Shown: in pieces, positions 18,406 through 28,659 of the stretch | Layout of the letters: each line of letters starts with the position of its first letter | Position numbering within the stretch: the stretch's first letter is position 1 | From: a virus | DNA length: 64,000 nt | IMG/VR virus record: IMGVR_UViG_3300005253_000015 | Coordinates: 32,001 to 96,000 of that record | Strand: one strand, 5' to 3' | Position numbers and translations under genes: made by a program | The notes under the pieces: generated by a model | Told to the model about the DNA's origin: nothing | What the model saw: only the letters and a program-made list of their open reading frames with translations | Databases searched by the model: none

Positions 18406-21400
18406 ATGGCTGGTAAAGGTTCAAAACAACTTGTTCGGGAACTCATTAATTTCTATAAGGTAAATAGAGGTGGATATCCATACGAGATTATTTATAAATT
18501 AATCCAACTCTATCAAGTAATAGAAGATGTATACTCCGTCTCCACTGTGATAGAACTCCAAGAAGCTATTGATAATATAGGAACTGATGCTGGTACTATT
18601 TTTATAGCTTCTGGAACTTATGATGTCACTACAACAATAGATATTGATAATTGTGGTTCACTTGTTATATATGGGCATGGAGACAATACAATTCTTAAAG
18701 CCGCTGATGGTATTACGATATTTAATATAACATGTGTTGCTTCTTGTCTAATAAAGACATTAAAATTGGATATTACTAACTATACGGGAGATACTCAAGC
18801 CGTTTTAATTAATGAAACTAATAATAATATTGTTGGTTTTGAAGATGTATCTATTCTTGGAGCAGCGGCAAATGGTATAGGCATTGAAGTTCAATCCGAT
18901 AACTGTTATATTGACCAATGTAATATACTACAAATGAAAACGGGCATTTATTTGAATGGAGCTGAGAAAACAAAAATAACTGGAACTCTCTCTGGTCTTC
19001 ATGTTAATTACGGGCTTCATTTAAATCAAGCAGATTTTAGTATTATTACTGGAAATTCTTTTACTGCTAATACTTCTTATGGTATATATATTTATAATAG
19101 TGATTATTGTATTATTTCCAATACTGGATGTACGAGTAATCTTACTGGAATGTATTCGGATATTTCAAATTATAATACAATATCATCATGTTTATCTAAT
19201 AGTAATTCGGAAAATGGTATATTTATAACTCAAGGCAATTATAATACAATATCAAGTAATACATTAAACAACAATGACTCTAATATAGCTGGTAATACTG
19301 CTGGATTATATATCACTAATAACTCTGATTTTAATACTATAACTGCTAACTCTATTAATAATAACAATAATTCTGGTGCTGGTACTGCTTACGGTATCTA
19401 TATTGCTACAGCTGATTGTGATGAGAATGTAGTTGCCTCTAATAATGCTAACGGGAATGATGTAGATTATCAAGACTCTGGAACATCCACAACTGTAATA
19501 TATTATGTTCAAAATAGTGATGAGCTTCAAGACGCAATAGACTCTATTGGTTCTAGTGCTGGGACAATATACATTAATTCTAGCTTTACTGTATCAACTA
19601 CTATTGATATTGATGGTGGTGGAAGCTATCTTATCGAAGGCGAAGGTAGTAATACAGTTTTAACTACTGGTATTGATATAAAATGTTTGAATGTAGACCT
19701 AGCTCGTCAATGTATATTACGGAACTTCAGAATTGACGCTAGTGCGTATACTGCTGCTGGTGTGGCACTGGAAATAATAGATGTTAATGAGAATAATAAT
19801 GATTTAGTTATATTAGATAATGTATCTATTACTGGAGATGGTACTAATGGATACGGAATTGAATTAAATTCTAACAATTGTAGGATTGAAAATTGTGAGA
19901 TAGATAATATAAGTATCGGTATTAATATTTTATCAACTAATAATATAATCTCTGGTAATAATGTTAATAACTGTAATACATATGGGATTCAAATAAGCTC
20001 AGCTAATACTAACAATGTAACAACAAACATCGTAGATAGCAACACAACTGGTATATATTTATCATCATCTGATTATGTTTTAGTAAGTGGGAATTCAGTA
20101 AACACTAATACTGAAAACGGTATAGAGCTCACTGGTAGTGATTATACTAATATTAGTGGGAATTCATGTATAGGGAATGATTCAAGTACAGCAAATCCTC
20201 AAGCTGGAATGTATATAAGCACAGACTCTAACAATAATAGTATTATTGGAAACACTATTATCAATAATAATAATGCTGGTGCTGGAATTGGATACGGAGT
20301 ATATATAGGAACAGCTACTTGTGATGAGAATATAGTTCGCTCTAATAATATTTCTGGAAATGATACACAGTGGGGTGATACTGGTACTAATACTCAAATA
20401 GAATATTTCTGTCTAACTGAGGGTCATATACAAGATGCTGTAGATTCTATAGCTGGTAAGGCTGGTACGATAATTATTGGAGAGGTTACCATTGCTATTA
20501 CAACTGGCATAACTGTAGATAATGCTACCGCAAAGATACGCATTATTGGGAAAGGACAACCATCTATATTACAACCAACTATTGGTATCACAGTATTTAC
20601 ATTTACAAATGCTTATGAGCTTCATTTAGAAGCCTTTTATATAGATATGGATAATTATACAGCAGATACTACAAAAGCAATATTCAATAATGGTGCTAAT
20701 TGTTTAAGACAAACTTACGAAGATATAACATTCGAGGGAACAGCTGATGGGATTGCGATATATAATTCTGGTGATTCTATTACTGTTAATAATTGTTATT
20801 TTAACAATGTATTTAATTGTATATACATTACGGGTTCTGTTGTAGCTTTTAAAATCACTGGTAACGAATTCTGGACTATTAGAGATAGTTCTGTTTATAT
20901 TGATTATGGTGAACAAGGTGTTATTGCCAATAATATAGCTGATGCTACTGGTGGTAAACCCGTTATAGATGTAATTCGAGGTAAATATATATCTATATCA
21001 AATAATCAAATCATTACGGGTGGAAGTACAGCTACTAATGGTTCATCAATACAAATAACTGGTGCTGTTGCCAGTAGTGATATTCAGATAGTAGGTAATA
21101 CCATCAGAAGTACAAATTCAAGTGGCACTACTAATAGTATGGTATACATGAGTGGTACTGTTTCTCGAATAACAATATCTTCTAATGTAATCATTTCCTA
21201 TACTAATAGTGATGATTCTTGGGGTATAATAATAGAGGATGCTACAGTTATAGATTGTACTATCACTGGGAATAGTATTTATGCTTTCGGGGGTATTAAA
21301 GTAGTAAATGCTGATAATATGGTTATCTCTGGGAACAAAATTACTGGTAATACTTCTTTAAAACAATCTGGTATATTATTAGAAGGGTCAATTGGAAATG

Positions 21401-21867
21401 CAATAACATCAAATATTATTGATGGAGTATCTGTTAACTTTGGTACGGATGTCAATGGGATATCATTAACTTCCGTATCGACTGATAATATTATTGCGAA
21501 CAATCGAATACTTGATATGGCTAATGCGGGAGCTGGAGATGGTTATGGAATAATTATAGCTGCGGGATGTAATAATAATGTTATATCTGGAAATGTAATT
21601 ACGAGTTGTGATACTAACTTGTCTGATGCGGGGACTGGAACTATATTATTTGGCGATGATACTGCCTACGGAGCTGGTTGGAACGGGGACTTAGGCACTC
21701 CGACCAAGAATGTTATATATGACCAATTTGTAGCTACTTTAGCTGCTGCTGTTGCTTTAATATCTGATACTGCTTATGCGGCAAGTTGGGATGGAGTCAC
21801 TACAATTGCTCCGAGTAAGAATGCTGTATATGATAAAATACAAGCTCTTATTGCTGTATGGGGTTAA
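18406..21867 (+). CDS. Large spike protein with three tandem beta-helix (NosD/PbH1-like) domains
   Basis: Three (L/I)Q(E/D)A(I/V)D.I...AGTI caps, N/I/G-rich repeats, C-terminal APSKNAVYDKI motif. Confidence 0.85.
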   Translation: MAGKGSKQLVRELINFYKVNRGGYPYEIIYKLIQLYQVIEDVYSVSTVIELQEAIDNIGTDAGTIFIASGTYDVTTTIDIDNCGSLVIYGHGDNTILKAADGITIFNITCVASCLIKTLKLDITNYTGDTQAVLINETNNNIVGFEDVSILGAAANGIGIEVQSDNCYIDQCNILQMKTGIYLNGAEKTKITGTLSGLHVNYGLHLNQADFSIITGNSFTANTSYGIYIYNSDYCIISNTGCTSNLTGMYSDISNYNTISSCLSNSNSENGIFITQGNYNTISSNTLNNNDSNIAGNTAGLYITNNSDFNTITANSINNNNNSGAGTAYGIYIATADCDENVVASNNANGNDVDYQDSGTSTTVIYYVQNSDELQDAIDSIGSSAGTIYINSSFTVSTTIDIDGGGSYLIEGEGSNTVLTTGIDIKCLNVDLARQCILRNFRIDASAYTAAGVALEIIDVNENNNDLVILDNVSITGDGTNGYGIELNSNNCRIENCEIDNISIGINILSTNNIISGNNVNNCNTYGIQISSANTNNVTTNIVDSNTTGIYLSSSDYVLVSGNSVNTNTENGIELTGSDYTNISGNSCIGNDSSTANPQAGMYISTDSNNNSIIGNTIINNNNAGAGIGYGVYIGTATCDENIVRSNNISGNDTQWGDTGTNTQIEYFCLTEGHIQDAVDSIAGKAGTIIIGEVTIAITTGITVDNATAKIRIIGKGQPSILQPTIGITVFTFTNAYELHLEAFYIDMDNYTADTTKAIFNNGANCLRQTYEDITFEGTADGIAIYNSGDSITVNNCYFNNVFNCIYITGSVVAFKITGNEFWTIRDSSVYIDYGEQGVIANNIADATGGKPVIDVIRGKYISISNNQIITGGSTATNGSSIQITGAVASSDIQIVGNTIRSTNSSGTTNSMVYMSGTVSRITISSNVIISYTNSDDSWGIIIEDATVIDCTITGNSIYAFGGIKVVNADNMVISGNKITGNTSLKQSGILLEGSIGNAITSNIIDGVSVNFGTDVNGISLTSVSTDNIIANNRILDMANAGAGDGYGIIIAAGCNNNVISGNVITSCDTNLSDAGTGTILFGDDTAYGAGWNGDLGTPTKNVIYDQFVATLAAAVALISDTAYAASWDGVTTIAPSKNAVYDKIQALIAVWG

Positions 21868-21924
21868 GAGTTATATTTATTAATTTAATATCTATTTTAT
21901 AATATATAAAACTAGGTTGAAAAT
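21814..21924 (+). repeat. Inverted repeat, left copy (108/111 identical to 29457..29567)
   Basis: Manual alignment, includes the non-coding spacer. Confidence 0.9.
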
Positions 21925-22845
21925 ATGAAGAAAATAGAGTTTAAAAGACAGTTTTTTATAAAAGATTTATTCATACCTGAAAGAGTTATTAATTGTTTTA
22001 ATTGTATTGAATTTGAATCTTATCAAATATTTAGTTATTGTATTGAGAATGATTTGTTTATAATCCCAGAGAATGGGTTTATATTTATACCAATAAAGAG
22101 TATATCTGATTATAAAAGTATGGTTAAGATATTTAACGAAACTAATATATGTAATAATAGCTATTTATATTTAATAATAGAAGAACAATCCCTTCTTGAT
22201 GCGGTACTTTCCACTATTGTAGATAAAAGGTTTAGTATTTTAATCACTAAAGATTTAAAAATAGATTTTGTTAAGTACTGGAATAATACAATTGGAAAAG
22301 AATGGATTTCTAAAAACAGAATCATTAAAAAGATAAAAATAGACTATCCTAATTATGATAGACAAATTAATGAAATGATTAGTATATTCAATGAGGAATT
22401 TATAAGATTTTTCTTATTAGATTTTGATTATGTATCATTTGAAAAGATAAAAATAGAAGAGATACACAAACTAAAATTCTGGATACGTAATTTTATTGGC
22501 TGGACAAAATTAAAAGATGTTGATTCAATAGAAATCATATCAACTCCATTTGTTAGAAAGATTTTTGTTTCTGATGAGTTGGTCTTATATATGGATAATA
22601 AGAAAAAAGACATATGGTCATTTGATTTAATGTTATATTTAAAAGACGATGGAGAAAGTATGCCAATGAGAGAGCTCAATCTTCTTAGGAAATATATTGA
22701 CTTTGTACCAAATGCTATGTACACAGAATCTAAAATAACAAATTGGTTTTTAATGGATTATGCTCAATGTAAAGAAATTCAGGGAAGTTTAAATGAAATA
22801 CCATTAATGATGGGATTAATAAATAGGTGGTTATATGATTTTTAA
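21925..22845 (+). CDS. Radical-SAM-associated protein, possibly a degenerate rSAM barrel lacking CxxxCxxC
   Basis: Overlaps the rSAM gene; F..F.LDFDY...IEEI segment resembles the rSAM C-half. Confidence 0.5.
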   Translation: MKKIEFKRQFFIKDLFIPERVINCFNCIEFESYQIFSYCIENDLFIIPENGFIFIPIKSISDYKSMVKIFNETNICNNSYLYLIIEEQSLLDAVLSTIVDKRFSILITKDLKIDFVKYWNNTIGKEWISKNRIIKKIKIDYPNYDRQINEMISIFNEEFIRFFLLDFDYVSFEKIKIEEIHKLKFWIRNFIGWTKLKDVDSIEIISTPFVRKIFVSDELVLYMDNKKKDIWSFDLMLYLKDDGESMPMRELNLLRKYIDFVPNAMYTESKITNWFLMDYAQCKEIQGSLNEIPLMMGLINRWLYDF

Positions 22846-24010
22846 TGTTGTGTGTCCAGATATTTTGATTTCAACAAATTGTAATATGAGATGTAAGTAT
22901 TGTTTTGAGAAGGATAAAATTAACGAGGTTATGGATGAAGAAAGAATATTAGAATATTATTCACATAATCCCTGTACAGGAACATTTCCTATTGGTGGTG
23001 AACCTTTTCTAAATTTAGATTTACTCTTCAAAATAATGGATACAGTAGAAAATAATAAAATTATACAAGAGAAAAGAAAAAAAACGTTATTACAGAATTT
23101 AAAATGTGTTATTACTAATGGAACTTTAATTAAACAAAACATACAGAAGATTAAGGATTATGGATTAATATTACAGATAAGTTTCGATGGTTCTAAAAAA
23201 GTTCATGATACTTATAGGGTTTTTCCTAATGGAAAGGGAACGTATGATAAAATCATTGAAGGATTAGAACTTTGCGTAAAAGAAGGAATTGAATGGTCTA
23301 TTCATGGTGTTGTAGCTAAAGATACTATTAAATATTTCTATGATACGTTTGTATGGTTTTTTGAGATATATAAAAAATACAAAGAATTAGATATAGCAAT
23401 AGATTTTATGAAGAATAACGTATTTCAAGTAATATTCGAACAAGATTATTCTGATAAAGATGTTGATGAACTAGTCAGACAGTTTCATAAAATTGCTGAA
23501 TGGATTTATTCAAGAGATTATATGACTATTAAACAAAAAGACCAATTATTTCATAACTTCTTAGAAAGACGTGGTGGTGTTTGTTCAGCTGGAACAACAT
23601 TAATAGCTTTTGATAATAATTTAGATATGTTTCCATGTCATAGACTTGCTGTTGTACCAGAGAAAGAAAATTATTACCTAGGAAATGCTATGGATATTAA
23701 GACTATTAAAAATTTCAAACAATATAACTCTTACTATAATATTGGGAGAGGTTATAAATACATGTATTCAGCTATACAACATAACCACGATTACAAAGAC
23801 AAGGAGAGTTTGAGATGGTTTATGTGGTGTCCTGCTACAAATTTACAAACATCTGAAAATGTTTATTATCAGAATGCTAAATATAATGTGATGTTTGTTG
23901 AAGTAAATAGAATGGTTAGAGCACTTAAGAAAATATATTATCAAAATAGTGATTTAATAAAAGAAAAGGATAATGCCAATAAGCTCAGGAAGCCCGATAC
24001 TAGCAAGTGA
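22835..24010 (+). CDS. Radical SAM/SPASM-family enzyme (anSME/peptide-maturase-like)
   Basis: CNMRCKYC, GGEP, TNGTL, ISFDG..HD.YR..NGKGTY, CSAG...FPCHR, CPA. Confidence 0.92.
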   Translation: MIFNVVCPDILISTNCNMRCKYCFEKDKINEVMDEERILEYYSHNPCTGTFPIGGEPFLNLDLLFKIMDTVENNKIIQEKRKKTLLQNLKCVITNGTLIKQNIQKIKDYGLILQISFDGSKKVHDTYRVFPNGKGTYDKIIEGLELCVKEGIEWSIHGVVAKDTIKYFYDTFVWFFEIYKKYKELDIAIDFMKNNVFQVIFEQDYSDKDVDELVRQFHKIAEWIYSRDYMTIKQKDQLFHNFLERRGGVCSAGTTLIAFDNNLDMFPCHRLAVVPEKENYYLGNAMDIKTIKNFKQYNSYYNIGRGYKYMYSAIQHNHDYKDKESLRWFMWCPATNLQTSENVYYQNAKYNVMFVEVNRMVRALKKIYYQNSDLIKEKDNANKLRKPDTSK

Positions 24011-24749
24011 TGTAAATGCTATTATCGCTAAGATAAATTCAGAGGAAAATAATAGAACTGGGTTAGGTCTGTCTGATTTACCAGATATGATTGTTAGTAA
24101 TCCTTGTTTGGCTTCAGACCACGATTCTTGGAGAACTCGTAATGATGCTATTAATGCTTTTCATTGTTATTGTGAAGCAGATGGAGGGCGTGATGCTGGT
24201 GATACTACTAAGACAGGTACAACATTAGGTCTAACTGCTCCTAATGTTACTTCTGGTAATTCAATGTTAGCTTCTCAACTTACAACTTTAGAAACAGATA
24301 TAGATAATTTAGTAGCTCAATGTGATTGTGATACTTATGTTTGTAGTTGTGTAGGTAATTGTACTACTGTTTGTACTTGTAATACAAATGTATGTACTTG
24401 TGTAGGTAATTGTACTAGTGTCTGTTCTTGTAATACTAATGTTTGTACTTGTGTTTCCCAATGTGGTTGTAATACTAATGTATGTACTTGTGTAAGTCAA
24501 GGGTGTGCCTGTAATACTATTAGAACACCTGAATGTCTTGATTGGACATTCATATGTGGTTGCCAAAGTCAGGGGTGTAGTTGTAATCAATTATGTACTT
24601 GCGTAAATCAAGGCTGTGGTTGTAATCAATTGTGTACATGTGTAAGCAATGTGATTGCACAGTGTACTTGTAATCAATTGTGTACATGTGTAAGTAATGT
24701 GATTGCACAGTGTACTTGTAATAAAGTCTGTGGGTGTGAATATAACTAA
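23973..24749 (+). CDS. Cys-rich CxC-repeat protein, candidate rSAM substrate
   Basis: 18 CxC motifs (39 Cys) in the C-terminal ~143 aa; N-terminal G..(I/M)LAS repeats. Confidence 0.85.
   Translation: MPISSGSPILASDVNAIIAKINSEENNRTGLGLSDLPDMIVSNPCLASDHDSWRTRNDAINAFHCYCEADGGRDAGDTTKTGTTLGLTAPNVTSGNSMLASQLTTLETDIDNLVAQCDCDTYVCSCVGNCTTVCTCNTNVCTCVGNCTSVCSCNTNVCTCVSQCGCNTNVCTCVSQGCACNTIRTPECLDWTFICGCQSQGCSCNQLCTCVNQGCGCNQLCTCVSNVIAQCTCNQLCTCVSNVIAQCTCNKVCGCEYN
24621..24722 (+). repeat. 48-bp tandem duplication inside the Cys-rich gene
   Basis: CNQLCTCVSNVIAQCT x2, one nt mismatch. Confidence 0.85.
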
Positions 24750-25165
24750 TGGTAGATAAAGAAACTTATTGGAAGAAAGTTAATTTTATAGTAGATACTT
24801 CCATCTTTATTAGAAACGGAGCTTGTAATCGTTGTGGTAAATGTTGTTATGCGTATGATGAAGAACATCCCCCAGAAGAGGGAATAAAAGTTCCATGTAC
24901 TAAATTAAGTTATGATGGTGCTTTAGCAATATGTGGAATTCAAGAAAATAAATATCAAATCTGTAAAGATAATCCGATTTATCCTACACCATGTATGGTT
25001 TCAGAAGCTGTTGATACTTGTGGATATTCTTGGGTAGTTGATAATAGTTTAACAAAAACAAAAGCATTGGATAAGTTTAATATTATATGTGATGTTTGTC
25101 ATAGAAAAGAACCATGTACTTATTACGATAAAATAGTTAATGAAATAAATGAGGTGTGTAAATAA
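24749..25165 (+). CDS. YkgJ-like CxxCxxCC (Fe-S/Zn) protein
   Basis: CNRCGKCC, PCTKL, CGI..K.QIC..P, CGY; TAATG coupling. Confidence 0.8.
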   Translation: MVDKETYWKKVNFIVDTSIFIRNGACNRCGKCCYAYDEEHPPEEGIKVPCTKLSYDGALAICGIQENKYQICKDNPIYPTPCMVSEAVDTCGYSWVVDNSLTKTKALDKFNIICDVCHRKEPCTYYDKIVNEINEVCK

Positions 25166-25536
25166 TAATTCTAAAAAATGCGTCTATAATAACTTTTAAC
25201 GATTCTACTGTTGAAGTAGAGGATACTGATATTATGGTGAATTCTGATATTCATATGTATTATTATCATATAAGACCCCCTAATTTTGACTTTACATCTA
25301 AGTCTATACATTTTATAGTTAAGTTTATGAAGAATATTATGGATTTTATACATGGTATTGAATCAGGTTATAGGCTTTGTTGTATTATATCATACCTACG
25401 AGGAAAGGCTAAGTTCATAAGACCAACACACCAGTATTTTTGTTATAAATGCCAAGACAAAATTAAAAAAGGTATTTATAGACATCGTAAGAGACTACTT
25501 AAAATTAGAAAAGAATGGAAAGGTCTAGGTAACTAG
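25162..25536 (+). CDS. Hypothetical protein with Cys cluster (probable ATA start upstream of tracked 25234)
   Basis: GAGGTG SD at 25151, open frame from 25162; CC and CxxC. Confidence 0.55.
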   Translation: MIILKNASIITFNDSTVEVEDTDIMVNSDIHMYYYHIRPPNFDFTSKSIHFIVKFMKNIMDFIHGIESGYRLCCIISYLRGKAKFIRPTHQYFCYKCQDKIKKGIYRHRKRLLKIRKEWKGLGN

Positions 25537-25728
25537 TACTTTTTTGTACTACATGCTTATATGTCTATAAAACAATAGTTATTTAATTCTCTAATATCAC
25601 AAAATCGGAGAGAAGAGTGTAGAAATGCCCTTTTTTTTGAAGTTATGTGTATTTAGAGACTAATCTAAATAAAAATTCAATAAAAAAACAACTATTAAAA
25701 ATTAAATATAAAATTAGAGGAATACAAA

Positions 25729-26256
25729 ATGATAATTTTTATAGATGGCGAGAGAAAATTTAAATTTATGAAAGGTTACAATATTAAACTCGGGGCTAAG
25801 ATGTTTAAGATTATGGGAATCGAAGAGTTGCGATGGAAAGAGGCTATTGGTTCTGTAGCAACTGGAATTGCAACAACTAAAGACTGGGATACATATATGA
25901 AACCACTTGATAACTATATATATTTTGTTGAGTATATGGGAATAGACGGGTTCTGTGGGTTCGCATTACAATTTCCTAAAGGAATTGTTCATGGAGCTCC
26001 AAGAGGGCAAACTGAATATGTATATAAAGATGAGGCTGGAAAGCTAAATCCTATGTTCTATCCGTTTCTAATTTCCTCACCCGACTATCCAACATGGGCT
26101 GTATTTAATGCTGCTGCTATCGCTAATAACTCTGATGCTTACTTCTTTGGGGAAAGATGGAGAGTTAAAATACTTAGTGGTACTGAGATTCAAGAAATAG
26201 GCTCTAATTTTACCGAAATGACTGACTATGCCAATAGTGGTATAGGTCAAGGATAA
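25729..26256 (+). CDS. Beta-rich structural protein
   Basis: GAGG SD; aromatic beta-strand pattern. Confidence 0.65.
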   Translation: MIIFIDGERKFKFMKGYNIKLGAKMFKIMGIEELRWKEAIGSVATGIATTKDWDTYMKPLDNYIYFVEYMGIDGFCGFALQFPKGIVHGAPRGQTEYVYKDEAGKLNPMFYPFLISSPDYPTWAVFNAAAIANNSDAYFFGERWRVKILSGTEIQEIGSNFTEMTDYANSGIGQG

Positions 26257-26267
26257 GGTGATTAAAG

Positions 26268-26750
26268 ATGACACGAAAAGTTAGAAATCTGACTCAAGTT
26301 ATCCAGATGGCGGAAGACGCAGACGGTAAAATTAAATTTGGTGGTCAATTTCCTATGGATATAAGTGCTAGGGTTGCTGCGTGGACTGAAGCTGAAGGGC
26401 TCGAAGTTGTAGGAGATGGTGTTGCTAATGGTACTACGGTAGTTTCCTTATCTATAGCTACCCTTACTAAGTTTGCTTGTATGAGCATTTCAGGCAGCAC
26501 TAATATATCAGCTGTTATAGCTATTGCATCTGGTACTTTAGCTTCACACACAGATATATATCATATTGATTTACAAAATGCTGGTGGATTTGTAGCTGTG
26601 ACTGAAAATACTCCGATATTTGTATATAATAATTCCACTGCTGCTGCTGTGACTCTTTTGATGTTAGTTCCACAAACAGCAATGGGAGCGGCTACTAACA
26701 ATGATGCTAATCATTACTTTAATGGTTATATGGGAGGAATACTGATTTAA
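26268..26750 (+). CDS. Beta-rich structural protein
   Basis: AGGTGATTAAAG SD as in the capsid operon; A/T/G-rich. Confidence 0.65.
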   Translation: MTRKVRNLTQVIQMAEDADGKIKFGGQFPMDISARVAAWTEAEGLEVVGDGVANGTTVVSLSIATLTKFACMSISGSTNISAVIAIASGTLASHTDIYHIDLQNAGGFVAVTENTPIFVYNNSTAAAVTLLMLVPQTAMGAATNNDANHYFNGYMGGILI

Positions 26751-26751
26751 A

Positions 26752-27030
26752 ATGTCTCAAAACGAAGCTGATAAGGATAAACCTACTATTATTAATAGTC
26801 AACCTCGGCAAGTTAAAGAAAACCCTTTGGTAGCTATAGGGAAAGTTATTAATAATCATGCCCTGTCTATCAATGAAATAAAGAATGCTTTTGGTCTTAG
26901 CCAAATTGATATTAAGGCTAATAAAGCTACTGCTGAGATATTTGATAAACGGTTTACCCTTTTCGAGAGACAACTTGACAATTTAGATAAGGAACTCTCT
27001 CGATTAAGAAAACAAATTAACGAAGAATAA
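26752..27030 (+). CDS. Coiled-coil protein
   Basis: Heptad C-terminus. Confidence 0.65.
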   Translation: MSQNEADKDKPTIINSQPRQVKENPLVAIGKVINNHALSINEIKNAFGLSQIDIKANKATAEIFDKRFTLFERQLDNLDKELSRLRKQINEE

Positions 27031-27044
27031 AAGGTGAAATAAAC

Positions 27045-28325
27045 ATGGCTATAATTCAAAGAAGTGGGGCTTCAAGAATAGACCCAGACACTATTAGATT
27101 TGTTGATAGACTAGACACAGACTTATCTCATTATTTTGAGATTAATGTTGACGATACTAATAATTTGATTGATTTTCTTGCCAAGATAGGCGATTTTAGG
27201 TTTAAGGATGCTGATGATTCAGATAACTCTGATACCTTTCAGATAGTAGCTGATGATGCTGGTGGCTCAGTAATACAGAAAACATCAATGATAACTGATG
27301 GAACAGTATACGATATAATAGCGACTGGTACTATTACTGGTGCTGTTGCTACTGTTGATATTGATTATATATCAATAGATTTAGATTCTTTAGTTCTTAA
27401 TGATGCTGCTACAAGTGCTCTAACTATTGTTGGTCAGAGGATTGATTTTAATGGAGCTACTTTAACTGCTATAACATTATCTACTGTATATGGTCTATAT
27501 ATTGATATGCCTACTGGTTTAGGTGTAGCATCGAAGACTATGGAAGGAGCATATATTATAGATGGTGAAGGACATATAGCTCATTTATGTAATGGTTCTA
27601 TGGCTGTTTCTGCTATGGGTATAAACGAAGAAAAATATTATAAATGCGAAGATTTTGACGAAGAGGCTGCTGCTGTCACCCTAGAAGCTGGGTTAAGAAC
27701 TGATGAATGGGCTCCTGGTGGTCTTAATGATACTGCTGCTGATGTAACTTATATTCAAGACCAAGGCGGAGTTATTCAATTAAAGTCACGAGCAGCAGAT
27801 AATGACAGTACAGAGATTACTTGGTTAAGCACTGCTGTTAATATCGCATCTAATCCGATTTTAGAATTTCGAGTGAATGTTGATGCTATAACAGCTTCTC
27901 TTACTGGATTCTTTGTGGGAATAACTGAAACGGCAAATATTCAAAATATAAATGATATTGTTGGTGCTGTTGATGATTTCTATGTCGTTGGTATGAACAG
28001 CGATTTGGGTACTCCAGCAAATCTCAGAGCCTTTTCTGAGGATAATAATGGTGGATTAGTTACTGATAATTTAGGTGTTGCTATTGCAGCTACTTGGTGT
28101 ACCATAAGAATGGACTTTACTGATACTGAACAGCCTAGAGTATGGATTAATACCACTGGTGGAGCAATTGACTCAAGTCATGAAATTGCTGCGGCAACTA
28201 TTACTGGTACTGTACAAGACTCTATATATGTATTTCCAGTTATATTTGTTCAATGCTTAGATGTCACCCCAACTCAACGAACTTTACTAGTGGACTATTG
28301 CAAAATCTGGCAAGATAGAAGTTAA
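27045..28325 (+). CDS. Acidic structural protein with C-terminal ConA/LamG-like domain
   Basis: LEFRVN..FFVGI..W.TIRMDF..V.IN..VDY.KIWQ pattern; AGGTGA SD. Confidence 0.7.
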   Translation: MAIIQRSGASRIDPDTIRFVDRLDTDLSHYFEINVDDTNNLIDFLAKIGDFRFKDADDSDNSDTFQIVADDAGGSVIQKTSMITDGTVYDIIATGTITGAVATVDIDYISIDLDSLVLNDAATSALTIVGQRIDFNGATLTAITLSTVYGLYIDMPTGLGVASKTMEGAYIIDGEGHIAHLCNGSMAVSAMGINEEKYYKCEDFDEEAAAVTLEAGLRTDEWAPGGLNDTAADVTYIQDQGGVIQLKSRAADNDSTEITWLSTAVNIASNPILEFRVNVDAITASLTGFFVGITETANIQNINDIVGAVDDFYVVGMNSDLGTPANLRAFSEDNNGGLVTDNLGVAIAATWCTIRMDFTDTEQPRVWINTTGGAIDSSHEIAAATITGTVQDSIYVFPVIFVQCLDVTPTQRTLLVDYCKIWQDRS

Positions 28326-28428
28326 AATTTAATATTAAATTCTTTTTTTGTTTTTTTTCCTTAACTTTTTTATAGTCTCTAACCGATATTGTATTAAGAG
28401 CATAAAATATTTCTAACGATTATATATA

Positions 28429-28653
28429 ATGAGTGATAAGTTTAATTTAATACGAGAGCTAAAAGATAGTTTAAACGAGCTTAATTCACTTAATAGACCT
28501 CAACACACCCGATATAGTAATTATGGTTTTCCCTCTAAATATGAAATATCTGATAGTGTAGTTAAAAAACTCAGTTTTATTGGAATATTTTTTATATTAG
28601 GAACTTTACTTGGTCTTGCGATTAGTTTAATTGCTAAACAAAATAAGAAATGA
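28429..28653 (+). CDS. Small single-TM membrane protein
   Basis: Paralog of 17187. Confidence 0.7.
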   Translation: MSDKFNLIRELKDSLNELNSLNRPQHTRYSNYGFPSKYEISDSVVKKLSFIGIFFILGTLLGLAISLIAKQNKK

Positions 28654-28659
28654 TGATGT

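Noticed and set aside
24320-24745. CRISPR-like periodic repeats
   Set aside because: Repeats are in-frame Cys codon patterns without unique spacers; no cas genes
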